DNA of 26,140 bases from an uncultured Eubacteriales bacterium (GTDB lineage Bacteria; Bacillota; Clostridia; Oscillospirales; Oscillospiraceae). Shown in pieces: positions 1 to 7,972 of this stretch (positions within the stretch are counted from its first letter, which is position 1; each line of letters opens with the position of its first letter). Location: assembly GCA_900321335.1 (NCBI GenBank), contig ONVR01000231.1, positions 1-26,140 of the forward strand, given 5' to 3'. The position numbers were made by a program, and so were the translations under genes. Below the pieces are notes generated by a model. It was given only the letters and a program-made list of their open reading frames with translations, had not been told where the DNA came from and made no database searches.

Positions 1-336
1 ACTTTGGAAAAATTTCAAGAGCAAAGATATCAATTTGATAATACTGTTTATGTGACCATGTTTATGCAACTGTGTGTTGTGAATAAAACAGATAAAGAAA
101 TAGCTTATAGGATTGATAGCAGCTCCATTAATGATGAAATGGTTTCAATTTTTGCTGTTTCAACTGCAACAAAGCCTGGCAAGATTAATAGAAGTGATTG
201 TTTAATAGGTAATGGCAACTTAAGCATAGATTCTATTGAACAAATTAAAAGTGTTGTTCTTGACTTGGAAGTTTACGACGCAGAAACATACGAAACGCTC
301 GAAAGTATTAAGAATATTGAGATAAATATACACTAA
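1..336 (+). CDS. 3' end of a hypothetical protein (possibly the beta-sandwich domain of a lipoprotein or secreted protein), 5'-truncated by the window
   Basis: Open frame from the window edge to TAA at 334-336. GC is about 32% over bases 1-300 (hand count). Alternating hydrophobic/polar pattern suggests beta strands. Confidence 0.55.
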   Translation, partial: TLEKFQEQRYQFDNTVYVTMFMQLCVVNKTDKEIAYRIDSSSINDEMVSIFAVSTATKPGKINRSDCLIGNGNLSIDSIEQIKSVVLDLEVYDAETYETLESIKNIEINIH

Positions 337-501
337 ATAACTGTATATTCCGCATGGTTGCCGAGTCAAAAGGGTTTTAGCGTCATGAAACCGGTGATGC
401 AATAAAAGACAAATCTTTTCTCCATGTGCTATGCAGGAGCGGGTCGCCGATTGCTGCAGACGCCGGGGCGACCCTGTTTATATCTACGTCGAGCCGCTGT
501 A

Positions 502-547
502 ACAGACATGCGCCCGGATTCCCTTGGGAATCCGGGCGCATGTCTGT
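502..547. terminator. Perfect 22-bp inverted repeat between convergent genes, likely terminator
   Basis: ACAGACATGCGCCCGGATTCCC-TT-GGGAATCCGGGCGCATGTCTGT, 37 nt beyond the stop of the minus-strand regulator. Confidence 0.7.
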
Positions 548-584
548 ACTTTTCACATGTTGAGACGGTTGCCGTGTAAACCGT

Positions 585-2129
585 TCATCCCTGTGCCTCG
601 TCGAGCATTTTGAAGGACAGCAGCAGATACAGCCGCAGGGCCTCGTCCTCCAGATCCAGATGCACCAGGCTTTGAATCTTCTCCAGCCGGTATTCCAGCG
701 TGGTCCGGTGGATGATCAGCGCTGCAGAGGCCCGGGGAATGCTGCGCTCGCACTGGAGATAACAGCGCAGCGTCCTGTAGTATTCCGTACCCTTTTCCCG
801 GTCGTGATCCCGCAGAAACTGCAGAGCGGGGGAGGCGATCATATCCGTGGCGAACTGCTGGTTTGCCGAGCTGAGCATATAGGGCAGCGCGCAGTCCTCA
901 AAGGTGAGGAACCAGCGGCTCTGCCGATAGCGGAACGCCTGCTCCAGAGCGTAGAGCGCCTGGGAAAAGGCGGTGGGCAGCTCATAGATCCCTGCAATGG
1001 GGAAGGAGGAGCCGCCGTACATGAGACTGTCCCGGAGGATGGGGGCAAATTTTGAGCGGATGGTGGGAAAGCTCATGGCGGAGCGGGTCAGGTTGACCAC
1101 GGTGCAAAGCCGCTGCTCATAAAAAAAGCTGAAGGAGTTGGGCAGGGTGGTCTGGAGCTGGTTCTGCACGGAGGTCTCGCCGGTGATGGCGGGACGGGGG
1201 TCCTGGCTCTGCAGGACCGAGAGCACGTAGCGGTCGCTCTCTTTCCATCCCATGACGGACAGCAGCATCTGCATGTCTGTGTAATCCACGGCCTTGCCGG
1301 CTATGAGCGTTTTGAAGGTGTCTTCAAAGTCCCGGTAGTGGCGGTTGACGTTCTGCTCGTCCCGGCGGATGATCTGCAGGGCGTAGTCGGCCACCAGCTC
1401 CGCCAGACGGAACTGCCCCTTTGTCAGACAGGTGTGCAGCTCGTTGATCAGAAGCCTGCCCCGGTAGTGGTCTTCGTCCCAGATGTTCACGTACAGGGTG
1501 CGCAGGTTATAAGGGTACTGATCCGTGCCCCAGATGGCCGCCTCCCGCTTCTGCAGCGTAGCGATGTAGTCGTCGCTGAGCTTGAAATCCTCCACCAGCC
1601 ACAGGGGAATGTAATGCCGGTCCGAGTGAGGGTTGTAATCCATGCCCATCATGCCGAAGACGTGGCAGGGCAGAGCGAGCACGGTAAAGCCGCTGTCGTG
1701 GATGTACATGGGGTTTTTCAGAAAATCGCACCCCACCCGGCACAGGTCGTCCAGATCGCCGCCGCCGCTGACGATCCGGTTCATCTCCGCCACAAAATCC
1801 AGGTAGCGCTGGAAAATGGTCATCAGGGTGTTGATGAGCTCCGGTTTGGGCTGGCCGGAGACGCAGATGTGGGGCGCCTTGCCGTGGATCTCACCGGAGA
1901 CGATATAGGGCCGACTGTCCACGGGGAACCCGTTTGCCGTCTCGTCAAGAATGTAGAGAATATCGTCCTTGAGGACCGGCTGGCCCACGTAGATCTGAAA
2001 GCTGCGGAAGCCCGGTGCGTCGCTGCCGCAGACAAGGGTGAACTCCCAGTTCCGCTCGTCCAGCTCATCTGCGATCATCTGCAGATCCGGCAGCAGCTGC
2101 AGGTGGTTGGGGACGTAGTTTTGGATCAT
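585..2129 (-). CDS. PucR/CdaR-family transcriptional regulator with C-terminal HTH
   Basis: C-terminus has the PucR HTH signature (LRDHDREKGTEYYRTLRCYLQCERSIPRASAALIIHRTTLEYRLEKIQSL...LYLLLS). Start placed at ATG 2129 (MIQNY) behind GGGAGG. Confidence 0.85.
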   Translation of the reverse strand: MIQNYVPNHLQLLPDLQMIADELDERNWEFTLVCGSDAPGFRSFQIYVGQPVLKDDILYILDETANGFPVDSRPYIVSGEIHGKAPHICVSGQPKPELINTLMTIFQRYLDFVAEMNRIVSGGGDLDDLCRVGCDFLKNPMYIHDSGFTVLALPCHVFGMMGMDYNPHSDRHYIPLWLVEDFKLSDDYIATLQKREAAIWGTDQYPYNLRTLYVNIWDEDHYRGRLLINELHTCLTKGQFRLAELVADYALQIIRRDEQNVNRHYRDFEDTFKTLIAGKAVDYTDMQMLLSVMGWKESDRYVLSVLQSQDPRPAITGETSVQNQLQTTLPNSFSFFYEQRLCTVVNLTRSAMSFPTIRSKFAPILRDSLMYGGSSFPIAGIYELPTAFSQALYALEQAFRYRQSRWFLTFEDCALPYMLSSANQQFATDMIASPALQFLRDHDREKGTEYYRTLRCYLQCERSIPRASAALIIHRTTLEYRLEKIQSLVHLDLEDEALRLYLLLSFKMLDEAQG

Positions 2130-2174
2130 GGATTCTGACCTCCCGCATCGGTTTGTCATTGAGACGTTTTCTTT

Positions 2175-2203
2175 ATTATATCCTTAGAAATGCGGAATTG
2201 GAA
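2175..2203 (-). promoter_or_regulatory. Candidate sigma-A promoter of the PucR-family gene
   Basis: Minus strand TTCCAA-17 nt-TATAAT. Confidence 0.45.
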
Positions 2204-2254
2204 GAGGATTCCATAGATAAAAAGCGGAAAATATGAAGTAGAGATTTATTATAA

Positions 2255-2283
2255 TTGACGAAAGATGGCCAGAGTGATAAATT
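2255..2283 (+). promoter_or_regulatory. Candidate sigma-A promoter of the transporter-enzyme unit
   Basis: TTGACG-17 nt-TAAATT with TG extended -10, in the AT-rich divergent intergenic region. Confidence 0.4.
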
Positions 2284-2497
2284 GTATATGATCATATCAT
2301 CTAAATAATAATTTAGAAATGTGGTCAATATGTGAAAATATGACGGAAAGCAATCTTATACATTCAAATTTTGTAATGTAGTCCTTAATTTTGCGAATTC
2401 CATGGTAAAGAGGGAAGGGGGAAAGCGTCAAAAAGGGTTGAAATTGCCGGACGTCCATATTTTTAAGGAAGAGAGATTTTAAGGAGGAAAAATACTT

Positions 2498-3931
2498 ATG
2501 GATCAGAATGTATCCGAAACCAGAACCCAGAAAAAGGGCTTGAGCTTTGCGCTGAAGTACCTGTTCGGCGTCGGCGACGCCGGATTCGTTCTCATGAGTA
2601 ACGTGGAGACCTTCTACTTCATGAGATTCCTGACGACCCTTGCAAACTTTACCGCTCCCGTTGCCGCGCTGATCAACTCGGTGTTCTCCATCATCGACGC
2701 GGCGCTGTCCTGGATCTACGGCGCGATTATCAACGGCGGCAAGGCCAAAAAGTGGGGCCGCTACCGCTCCTGGCTGGTGCTGACGCCCTGGATCGTACCG
2801 TTCATCTTTGCCTGCCAGTTTATCCGTTTCAGTGAGAACGTGACCCTTTCGGCCGTCATCATCGTTGTGGCCGCCGTTGTCTCACACTTTATCTGGAACC
2901 TGGGCTACGTTGCCAACTCCGCCATGGTAGCCGTTGTGGGCAAGACCCCTGATGAGAAGGCGATCCTGGCCTCCTCCCGTGCTACCTGGAACAACATCGG
3001 CTCTCTGGCCTTCTCTTACCTGGGCCTGCCCTTCGCGGCCGTCCTGGCCGGCATCGTCGGTGAGAAGAATCAGTTTGCCGCCGTTGCTTTCGTACTCGGC
3101 ATCGTCATGGTGCTGACCTACTTTGCCCACTTCAAGATGACCGACGGCTACGAGGACATTGAGACCGAGCAGACCGTCAAGCTCACCAAGAAGAACAAGA
3201 TGAAGTTCGGCGAGATGCTCAGAGCGCTCGTCCGGAACCCCCACCTGATCTGCCTGATCATTGCCGACCTTGCCAAGTGGTGCGTCAACTTTGTCGTTAA
3301 GGCCTCTGCCGCGTACTATTTCCTGGACGCCCTCAACGGCAACACCGCTATGCAGAAGATCTACGTTCTGACTTCCGCGCTGGGCGCCATGGTTGGCGCT
3401 TACCTGGTTCGTTATCTGGCCAAGAAGCTGTCCTCCAGAACGTCCATGATCATCTCTTACATCGGTATGGCAGTATTCCTGTTCCTGGTGTACCTGTTCT
3501 ACGCGGTACCCACTGCCGTTATCATCTTCATCTCTCTGGCCTTTGTCTGCTACGGCATGGCGCTGGCCTCCGCCCCCGCTCTGTATGCTGACGCTGTGAC
3601 CTACTCCACCTGGAAGGACGGCAAGGACGCCTCCGGCTGGATCATGGGTCTGCAGAACGTGCCTCTGAAGGTCGCCATCTTCCTGCGCGGCGTTATCATC
3701 GGCGCGGTGCTCACCAGCATCAACTACGACACCGAGGTCAAGGCGGCCGTTGCCGCGGGCGAGCAGCTTTCCGCTCACGTCCGTCAGGCGCTGACCATTC
3801 CCTTTGCCCTTGTGCCCGCTATCTTCTGCGCTGTCGGCGTGATCCTGCTGATCTGCGGCTTCCGTATCACCCGTGATAAGGTCCTCGAGTATCAGAAGGA
3901 GATCGACGCCAGAATGGCTGCCGAGGAGTAA
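2498..3931 (+). CDS. MFS transporter, glycoside-pentoside-hexuronide (MelB/GPH) family
   Basis: About 12 hydrophobic segments, GPH-like loop KKWGRYRSWL, strong RBS AAGGAGG. Confidence 0.85.
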   Translation: MDQNVSETRTQKKGLSFALKYLFGVGDAGFVLMSNVETFYFMRFLTTLANFTAPVAALINSVFSIIDAALSWIYGAIINGGKAKKWGRYRSWLVLTPWIVPFIFACQFIRFSENVTLSAVIIVVAAVVSHFIWNLGYVANSAMVAVVGKTPDEKAILASSRATWNNIGSLAFSYLGLPFAAVLAGIVGEKNQFAAVAFVLGIVMVLTYFAHFKMTDGYEDIETEQTVKLTKKNKMKFGEMLRALVRNPHLICLIIADLAKWCVNFVVKASAAYYFLDALNGNTAMQKIYVLTSALGAMVGAYLVRYLAKKLSSRTSMIISYIGMAVFLFLVYLFYAVPTAVIIFISLAFVCYGMALASAPALYADAVTYSTWKDGKDASGWIMGLQNVPLKVAIFLRGVIIGAVLTSINYDTEVKAAVAAGEQLSAHVRQALTIPFALVPAIFCAVGVILLICGFRITRDKVLEYQKEIDARMAAEE

Positions 3932-3949
3932 TCGGCAAAACTGCATATT

Positions 3950-3980
3950 ACAGCACAGGCGGTTTGTCCGCCTGTGCTGT
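3950..3980 (+). other. Intercistronic 13-bp hairpin without U-tract (possible mRNA stabiliser or processing site)
   Basis: ACAGCACAGGCGG-TTTGT-CCGCCTGTGCTGT between the transporter and enzyme genes. Confidence 0.5.
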
Positions 3981-4015
3981 CAATCTTGCAAACAGTAATA
4001 GGGAGGTAATCACAC

Positions 4016-5005
4016 ATGCTCACGAAAAGACAGAATCTCATGGAGACCATGAAGGGCGGTCACCCCGACCGCTTCGTCAACCAGTACGAGGCTTTCGCCA
4101 TCCTCATGGGCTCACCCTTCGGCAACCGCAACCCCAACCCCAAGTTGGGAGAGCACAACGTTGTCAACGCCTGGGGCGTTACCAAGTCCTGGCCCGTCGG
4201 CACCCCCGGCGCCTTCCCCGTACACACGGCGGACAAGATCGTCATCAAAGACATCGAAAACTGGCGCGACTACGTCAAGGTGCCCCGCGTCGTCTACGAC
4301 GCCCAGGAGTGGGAGCCGTTCATCGAGGCTGCCGAGAAGGTGGACCGGAACGAGCAGTTTGTCACCCCGTTCTTTGCCCCCGGTGTGTTTGAGCAGTGCC
4401 ATTATCTCATGGAGATCCAGAACTGCCTGATCGCCTTTTACGAAAATCCTGACGAGATGCACGAGCTGATCGACTGCATCACCCAGTTTGAGCTGGACTA
4501 CGCCGCAGAGCTGTGCAAGTACATCAAGCCCGACGCCCTGTTCCATCACGACGACTGGGGCTCTCAGGTGTCCACGTTCCTGTCCCCGGATATGTTCCGG
4601 GAGTTCATCAAGCCCGCTTACATGAAGATCTACGGCTACTACAAGGACCACGGCGTGCAGGTCATCGTCCACCACTCCGACTCCTACGCCGCGACCCTGG
4701 TGCCCGATATGATCGACATGGGCATCGACATCTGGCAGGGTGTCATGAACACCAACAACATCCCCGAGCTGATCCGTCAGTACGGCGGTCAGATCACCTT
4801 TATGGGCGGCATCGACAGCGCCACTGTGGACTTCCCTCAGTGGACGGAGGAGATCGTGGCCGAGCAGGTCCGGAAGGCCTGCGAGTCCTGCGGCAAGCTC
4901 TACTTCATCCCCAACGCCTCCCAGGGCTTACCCATGAGCACCTATCCCGGTGTCTATGAGGCCCTGTCCCGGGAAATCGACAACATGAGCAAAGAGATGT
5001 TCTGA
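4016..5005 (+). CDS. Uroporphyrinogen decarboxylase / MtaA-CmuA methyltransferase-like (URO-D superfamily) protein
   Basis: Family-typical segments FHHDDWGSQ...FLSPDMFREFIKPAYMKI, IVHHSDS, DMGIDIWQ, ITFMGGID. RBS GGGAGG. Confidence 0.8.
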   Translation: MLTKRQNLMETMKGGHPDRFVNQYEAFAILMGSPFGNRNPNPKLGEHNVVNAWGVTKSWPVGTPGAFPVHTADKIVIKDIENWRDYVKVPRVVYDAQEWEPFIEAAEKVDRNEQFVTPFFAPGVFEQCHYLMEIQNCLIAFYENPDEMHELIDCITQFELDYAAELCKYIKPDALFHHDDWGSQVSTFLSPDMFREFIKPAYMKIYGYYKDHGVQVIVHHSDSYAATLVPDMIDMGIDIWQGVMNTNNIPELIRQYGGQITFMGGIDSATVDFPQWTEEIVAEQVRKACESCGKLYFIPNASQGLPMSTYPGVYEALSREIDNMSKEMF

Positions 5006-5014
5006 TTTTTTTCC

Positions 5015-5067
5015 AGCAAGAAGGCGGACGCCTTGGGTGGGATCACCCTTGCGCCCGCCTTTTTGCT
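5015..5067 (+). terminator. Intrinsic terminator-like hairpin
   Basis: AGCAAGAAGGCGGACGC...GCGCCCGCCTTTTTGCT stem directly after the stop at 5005. Confidence 0.65.
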
Positions 5068-5160
5068 GCCAATTTTTCGGAAGTGCTTTCCTCTCCCGGG
5101 AAACTGTGGTATACTGATCTGGCCTTTTTCCCGAATTAACAACAAACGGAGTGCAAAACC

Positions 5161-6765
5161 ATGCAGACAAGACCCATTTTGAAAAGCAAGCTGTACCTGT
5201 ATCTGACGGAGTTCTTCTCCGGCGTGTCCGTCATGGCGGTGGAGCTGGGCGCCAGTCGGCTGCTGGCCCCGTATTTCAGCTCCTCCCAGATCGTGTGGAC
5301 CATTATCATCGGCACCATCATGATCGCCATGGCCCTGGGCAACCTCTACGGCGGCCGGAGCGCAGACAAAAACCCGGACCCGGACCGGCTCTACCGCCGG
5401 ATCATCATTGCCGCCGTCTGGATCGCGGTGATCCCCGTTCTGGGCAAATATATCATCCTGGGCATCTCGGGCCTGCTCATTGTCACCGTCAGCCACAACC
5501 TGCTGATCTGGGCAGCCTTTATCGCCTGCATGATCCTCTTTGTTTTTCCCCTGTTCCTGTTGGGCACCGTGACGCCAAGCCTTGCCAAGTTCACCGTGGA
5601 CGATCTGGGGGACAGCGGCAAGATCGTGGGACGCCTGGGGGCTGCCAACACCATCGGCAGCATCATCGGCACCTTTTTGCCCACCTTTGTGACCATTCCC
5701 GCTGTGGGCACCGCCGTTACGTTCCTGCTGTTCTCCGGGGTGTTGCTGGTGCTGGCCCTGATCTATTTCATCAGCGCCGGGGCCAAACGCATCCTGTGCC
5801 TGGTGGGGGCGATCCTGTTTATCCTCTGCGCCCTGTTCGGCGCCTCAGATAGCTTTGCCTTCTGGGAGGAGGACCTGACCTACGAGGGGGAGTCCGTGTA
5901 TAACTATCTCCAGGTCAAGGAGGACGACAGCCGGGTGATCCTGTCCACCAACGTCCTGTTCGGCGTGCAGTCCGTCAAGATGAAAACCGACGGCCTGACG
6001 GGCATGTACTACGACTACGCCATGGCGGCGCCTCTCATGTCCGGCTGCCTGGACCGGGAGCGGACCGACCTGCTGATCCTGGGCATGGGCACCGGCACCT
6101 ACGCCACCCAGTGCGGCAAATACTTTACGGGCTTTTCCATGGAGGGAGTGGAGATCGACGACCGGATCACGGCCCTGGCGGGCAAATACTTCGACCTGTC
6201 CGAAGAGATCCCCGTCACGACCTATGACGGCCGGGCGTATCTGCAGGCCGCACAGGGGACCTACGACGTGATCATGGTCGACGCCTATCAGGACATCACC
6301 ATTCCCTTCCAGATGTCCAGCACAGAGTTTTTCACCCTGGTCCGGGACCACCTCAATGAGGGCGGGGTCATGGTGGTCAATATGAATATGCGCTCTGAGG
6401 CGCCGGGCAATATCAACGAGTACCTGTCCGACACCATTGCCGGCATCTTCCCTTACGTCTACACGGTGGACGTGCCCGGCAACACCAACCGGGAACTGTT
6501 CGCCGCCACGGATCCCCAGGCCATCACCAGACTGCGGGAGAGCGCGGAGCGGATCGAACAGGAGGATCTGGGGCAGCTCATGCAGGCCGTTGGCCAGAGC
6601 CTTGTGCAATACGAGGGGGGAGACCGGATCCTCACCGACGACAAGGCACCGGTGGAGCTGCTGGGAATGAGCGCCATTGACGGCCTGATCACAGGGGAGG
6701 TCGGCTACTACCGGGAGCTGTTCAAACAGGAGGGGATCACTGGGATCCTGGACGAGTTCTCCTGA
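5161..6765 (+). CDS. Fused membrane domain / spermidine-synthase-like (class I SAM-binding) protein
   Basis: N-terminal hydrophobic helices (FFSGVSVMAVELGASRLLAPYFSSSQIVW) then Rossmann motifs LILGMGTG, GVEID, DGRAYL, YDVIMVDAY. Extended -10 TGGTATACT at 5107-5115. Confidence 0.8.
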   Translation: MQTRPILKSKLYLYLTEFFSGVSVMAVELGASRLLAPYFSSSQIVWTIIIGTIMIAMALGNLYGGRSADKNPDPDRLYRRIIIAAVWIAVIPVLGKYIILGISGLLIVTVSHNLLIWAAFIACMILFVFPLFLLGTVTPSLAKFTVDDLGDSGKIVGRLGAANTIGSIIGTFLPTFVTIPAVGTAVTFLLFSGVLLVLALIYFISAGAKRILCLVGAILFILCALFGASDSFAFWEEDLTYEGESVYNYLQVKEDDSRVILSTNVLFGVQSVKMKTDGLTGMYYDYAMAAPLMSGCLDRERTDLLILGMGTGTYATQCGKYFTGFSMEGVEIDDRITALAGKYFDLSEEIPVTTYDGRAYLQAAQGTYDVIMVDAYQDITIPFQMSSTEFFTLVRDHLNEGGVMVVNMNMRSEAPGNINEYLSDTIAGIFPYVYTVDVPGNTNRELFAATDPQAITRLRESAERIEQEDLGQLMQAVGQSLVQYEGGDRILTDDKAPVELLGMSAIDGLITGEVGYYRELFKQEGITGILDEFS

Positions 6766-6771
6766 AACAAA

Positions 6772-6801
6772 ACCGCGGCACGTGAAAACACGTGCCGCGG
6801 T
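6772..6801. terminator. Terminator hairpin between convergent genes, possibly bidirectional
   Basis: ACCGCGGCACGTG-AAAA-CACGTGCCGCGGT, a perfect 13-bp stem flanked by A and T runs. Confidence 0.8.
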
Positions 6802-6816
6802 CTTTCTATGCTGTTT

Positions 6817-7266
6817 TTATTCCTGGGGAGGATCCTTCTCCTCCGGGTTGGGCTTGCGCTCGGCCACGGCGTCAAACTTGCCGTCCCGGTCGCTGTCCAC
6901 CAGAGCGGTGTCCAGTTCGCCGTCGCCCGTGGTGTCTGTGAGAACGGTGTCGATCTGACCGTCCCCGTCGGTGTCGATGCACACGGTGTCGGCCTTGCCG
7001 TCGCCCGTGGTGTCATAGGCCACGGCTCCGTCGTTTACAGCTGTGGGCTCATTGAATTTCTTTTCGCCGCAGCAGCATTCCTTTTCGTCGATCTCCGTGG
7101 TGCCCTCGCAGCAGTTCTTGCCGGAGACCTCGTCTTCAAAATCCTCCGCCACGGAGCGGAGCTCTTTTTTCATCTGCCCGTAGATCACGGCCGCAACAGC
7201 AGCGGCAGCGGCAACGGCAGCGCCGGCGCCCAGCAGAAGCGCACGGCCGAGAGTGGAATGAAACAT
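6817..7266 (-). CDS. Small membrane-anchored acidic protein with Cys clusters and four DxxxDG calcium-loop-like repeats
   Basis: RBS GGAGG 8 nt before ATG 7266. Ala-rich hydrophobic anchor, CC...CCC, and 13-aa periodic repeats. Confidence 0.7.
   Translation of the reverse strand: MFHSTLGRALLLGAGAAVAAAAAVAAVIYGQMKKELRSVAEDFEDEVSGKNCCEGTTEIDEKECCCGEKKFNEPTAVNDGAVAYDTTGDGKADTVCIDTDGDGQIDTVLTDTTGDGELDTALVDSDRDGKFDAVAERKPNPEEKDPPQE
6859..7014 (-). repeat. Four tandem 39-bp (13-aa) coding repeats
   Basis: DTTGDGKADTVCI / DTDGDGQIDTVLT / DTTGDGELDTALV / DSDRDGKFDAVAE. The DNA word GCCGTCGCCCGTGGTGTC occurs twice. Confidence 0.8.
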
Positions 7267-7303
7267 GGTAATCAACCTCCGATAAAAGTATTAAAATAAA
7301 GCC

Positions 7304-7705
7304 TTACGCCCATTTTTCACAGGTTCCGTCCATGGTGTTGTAGTCGGCGTCCATCTCCTCCAGATAAAACGCCGCGTGAGTCAGGTCGCTGTCGGGACCG
7401 TACTTTTGCTTGAGGAAGGGACTCTGGGCAAACAGAGCCTCCTCCGTTTCCTTGCTCCAGTCAAACACGGCCCTGCCCCGGACCCGGACCCACTCGCCGC
7501 CCTTGCAGGCGCAGATCTCCACGTAGGGATTCTTCTCCGTCTCGGCATAGCTGCGTTTGTGTTTGCCCATGCCGAAATACAGTCTGTCGTTGAGCAGGAA
7601 GATGGCGCCGAAGGGGCGGACGCGGCCTTTGCCCTCGTCGCTGGTGGCGTAGAAGAATACGCCGCAGTCCTTGATGAAATTGTAAATTTTCTCGTTGGCA
7701 GTCAA
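7304..7705 (-). CDS. Pyridoxamine 5'-phosphate oxidase-like (flavin-binding split-barrel) protein
   Basis: Motifs FFYAT..GKGRVRPFG, LYFGMGKHK, KNPYVEIC, WVRVRGRAVF. TTG start at 7705 follows a GAGGTG RBS; the ORF-track GTG at 7714 lies inside that RBS. Confidence 0.8.
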   Translation of the reverse strand: MTANEKIYNFIKDCGVFFYATSDEGKGRVRPFGAIFLLNDRLYFGMGKHKRSYAETEKNPYVEICACKGGEWVRVRGRAVFDWSKETEEALFAQSPFLKQKYGPDSDLTHAAFYLEEMDADYNTMDGTCEKWA

Positions 7706-7733
7706 GGAAATCACCTCATTTTTAGTTTTTCAA

Positions 7734-7761
7734 ATTATAGCAACTTTTCCCGGCTTTTTCA
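7734..7761 (-). promoter_or_regulatory. Candidate sigma-A promoter for the split-barrel / repeat-protein unit
   Basis: Minus strand TTGAAA-16 nt-TATAAT with TG extended -10. Confidence 0.55.
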
Positions 7762-7821
7762 ATACCCGCCGGGGAAAAAGCGTCGACTGACTGTATTTTT
7801 TAAAAACTACCCTGCATCGTA

Positions 7822-7850
7822 TTGACAAGCGCAAAAAACGTGCATATTAT
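7822..7850 (+). promoter_or_regulatory. Near-consensus sigma-A promoter of the holin-endolysin cassette
   Basis: TTGACA (7822-7827), 17 nt, TATTAT (7845-7850). Confidence 0.75.
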
Positions 7851-7933
7851 GAGATTAGAGGTAGACGCGGCCTGAAACCTCTTCGGAATGCGGCGAGGGG
7901 GAAGAAGCGCGAAAGCCTCGGTATACAAAGGAG

Positions 7934-7972
7934 CGGCAAGCTGTGCGTCGTCGGCGCGGCTTGCTGATTTTT
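7934..7972 (+). terminator. Terminator-like hairpin inside the 5' leader of the holin gene (putative attenuator)
   Basis: GCAAGCTGTGC pairs with GCGCGGCTTGC (11 bp, two G-U), followed by TGATTTTT, immediately before the RBS GGAGG (7975-7979). Confidence 0.55.

Noticed and set aside
2286-2317. Short palindromes TATGATCATA and TCTAAAT-N4-ATTTAGA as PucR-type operators
   Set aside because: Short AT-rich palindromes arise easily by chance here, and I have no consensus to test them against.
4016-5005. Calling this gene hemE
   Set aside because: No tetrapyrrole genes nearby, it lacks the HemE N-terminal Arg-rich motif (RQAGR-like), and its transporter/regulator context suggests catabolism.
5161-6765. 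Calling this gene speE
   Set aside because: The GGG(D/E)G motif is replaced by GMGTG and the protein has a large membrane domain.
6859-7014. CRISPR-like or non-coding repeat array
   Set aside because: The repeats are in-frame 39-bp coding units without unique spacers, and no cas genes are present.
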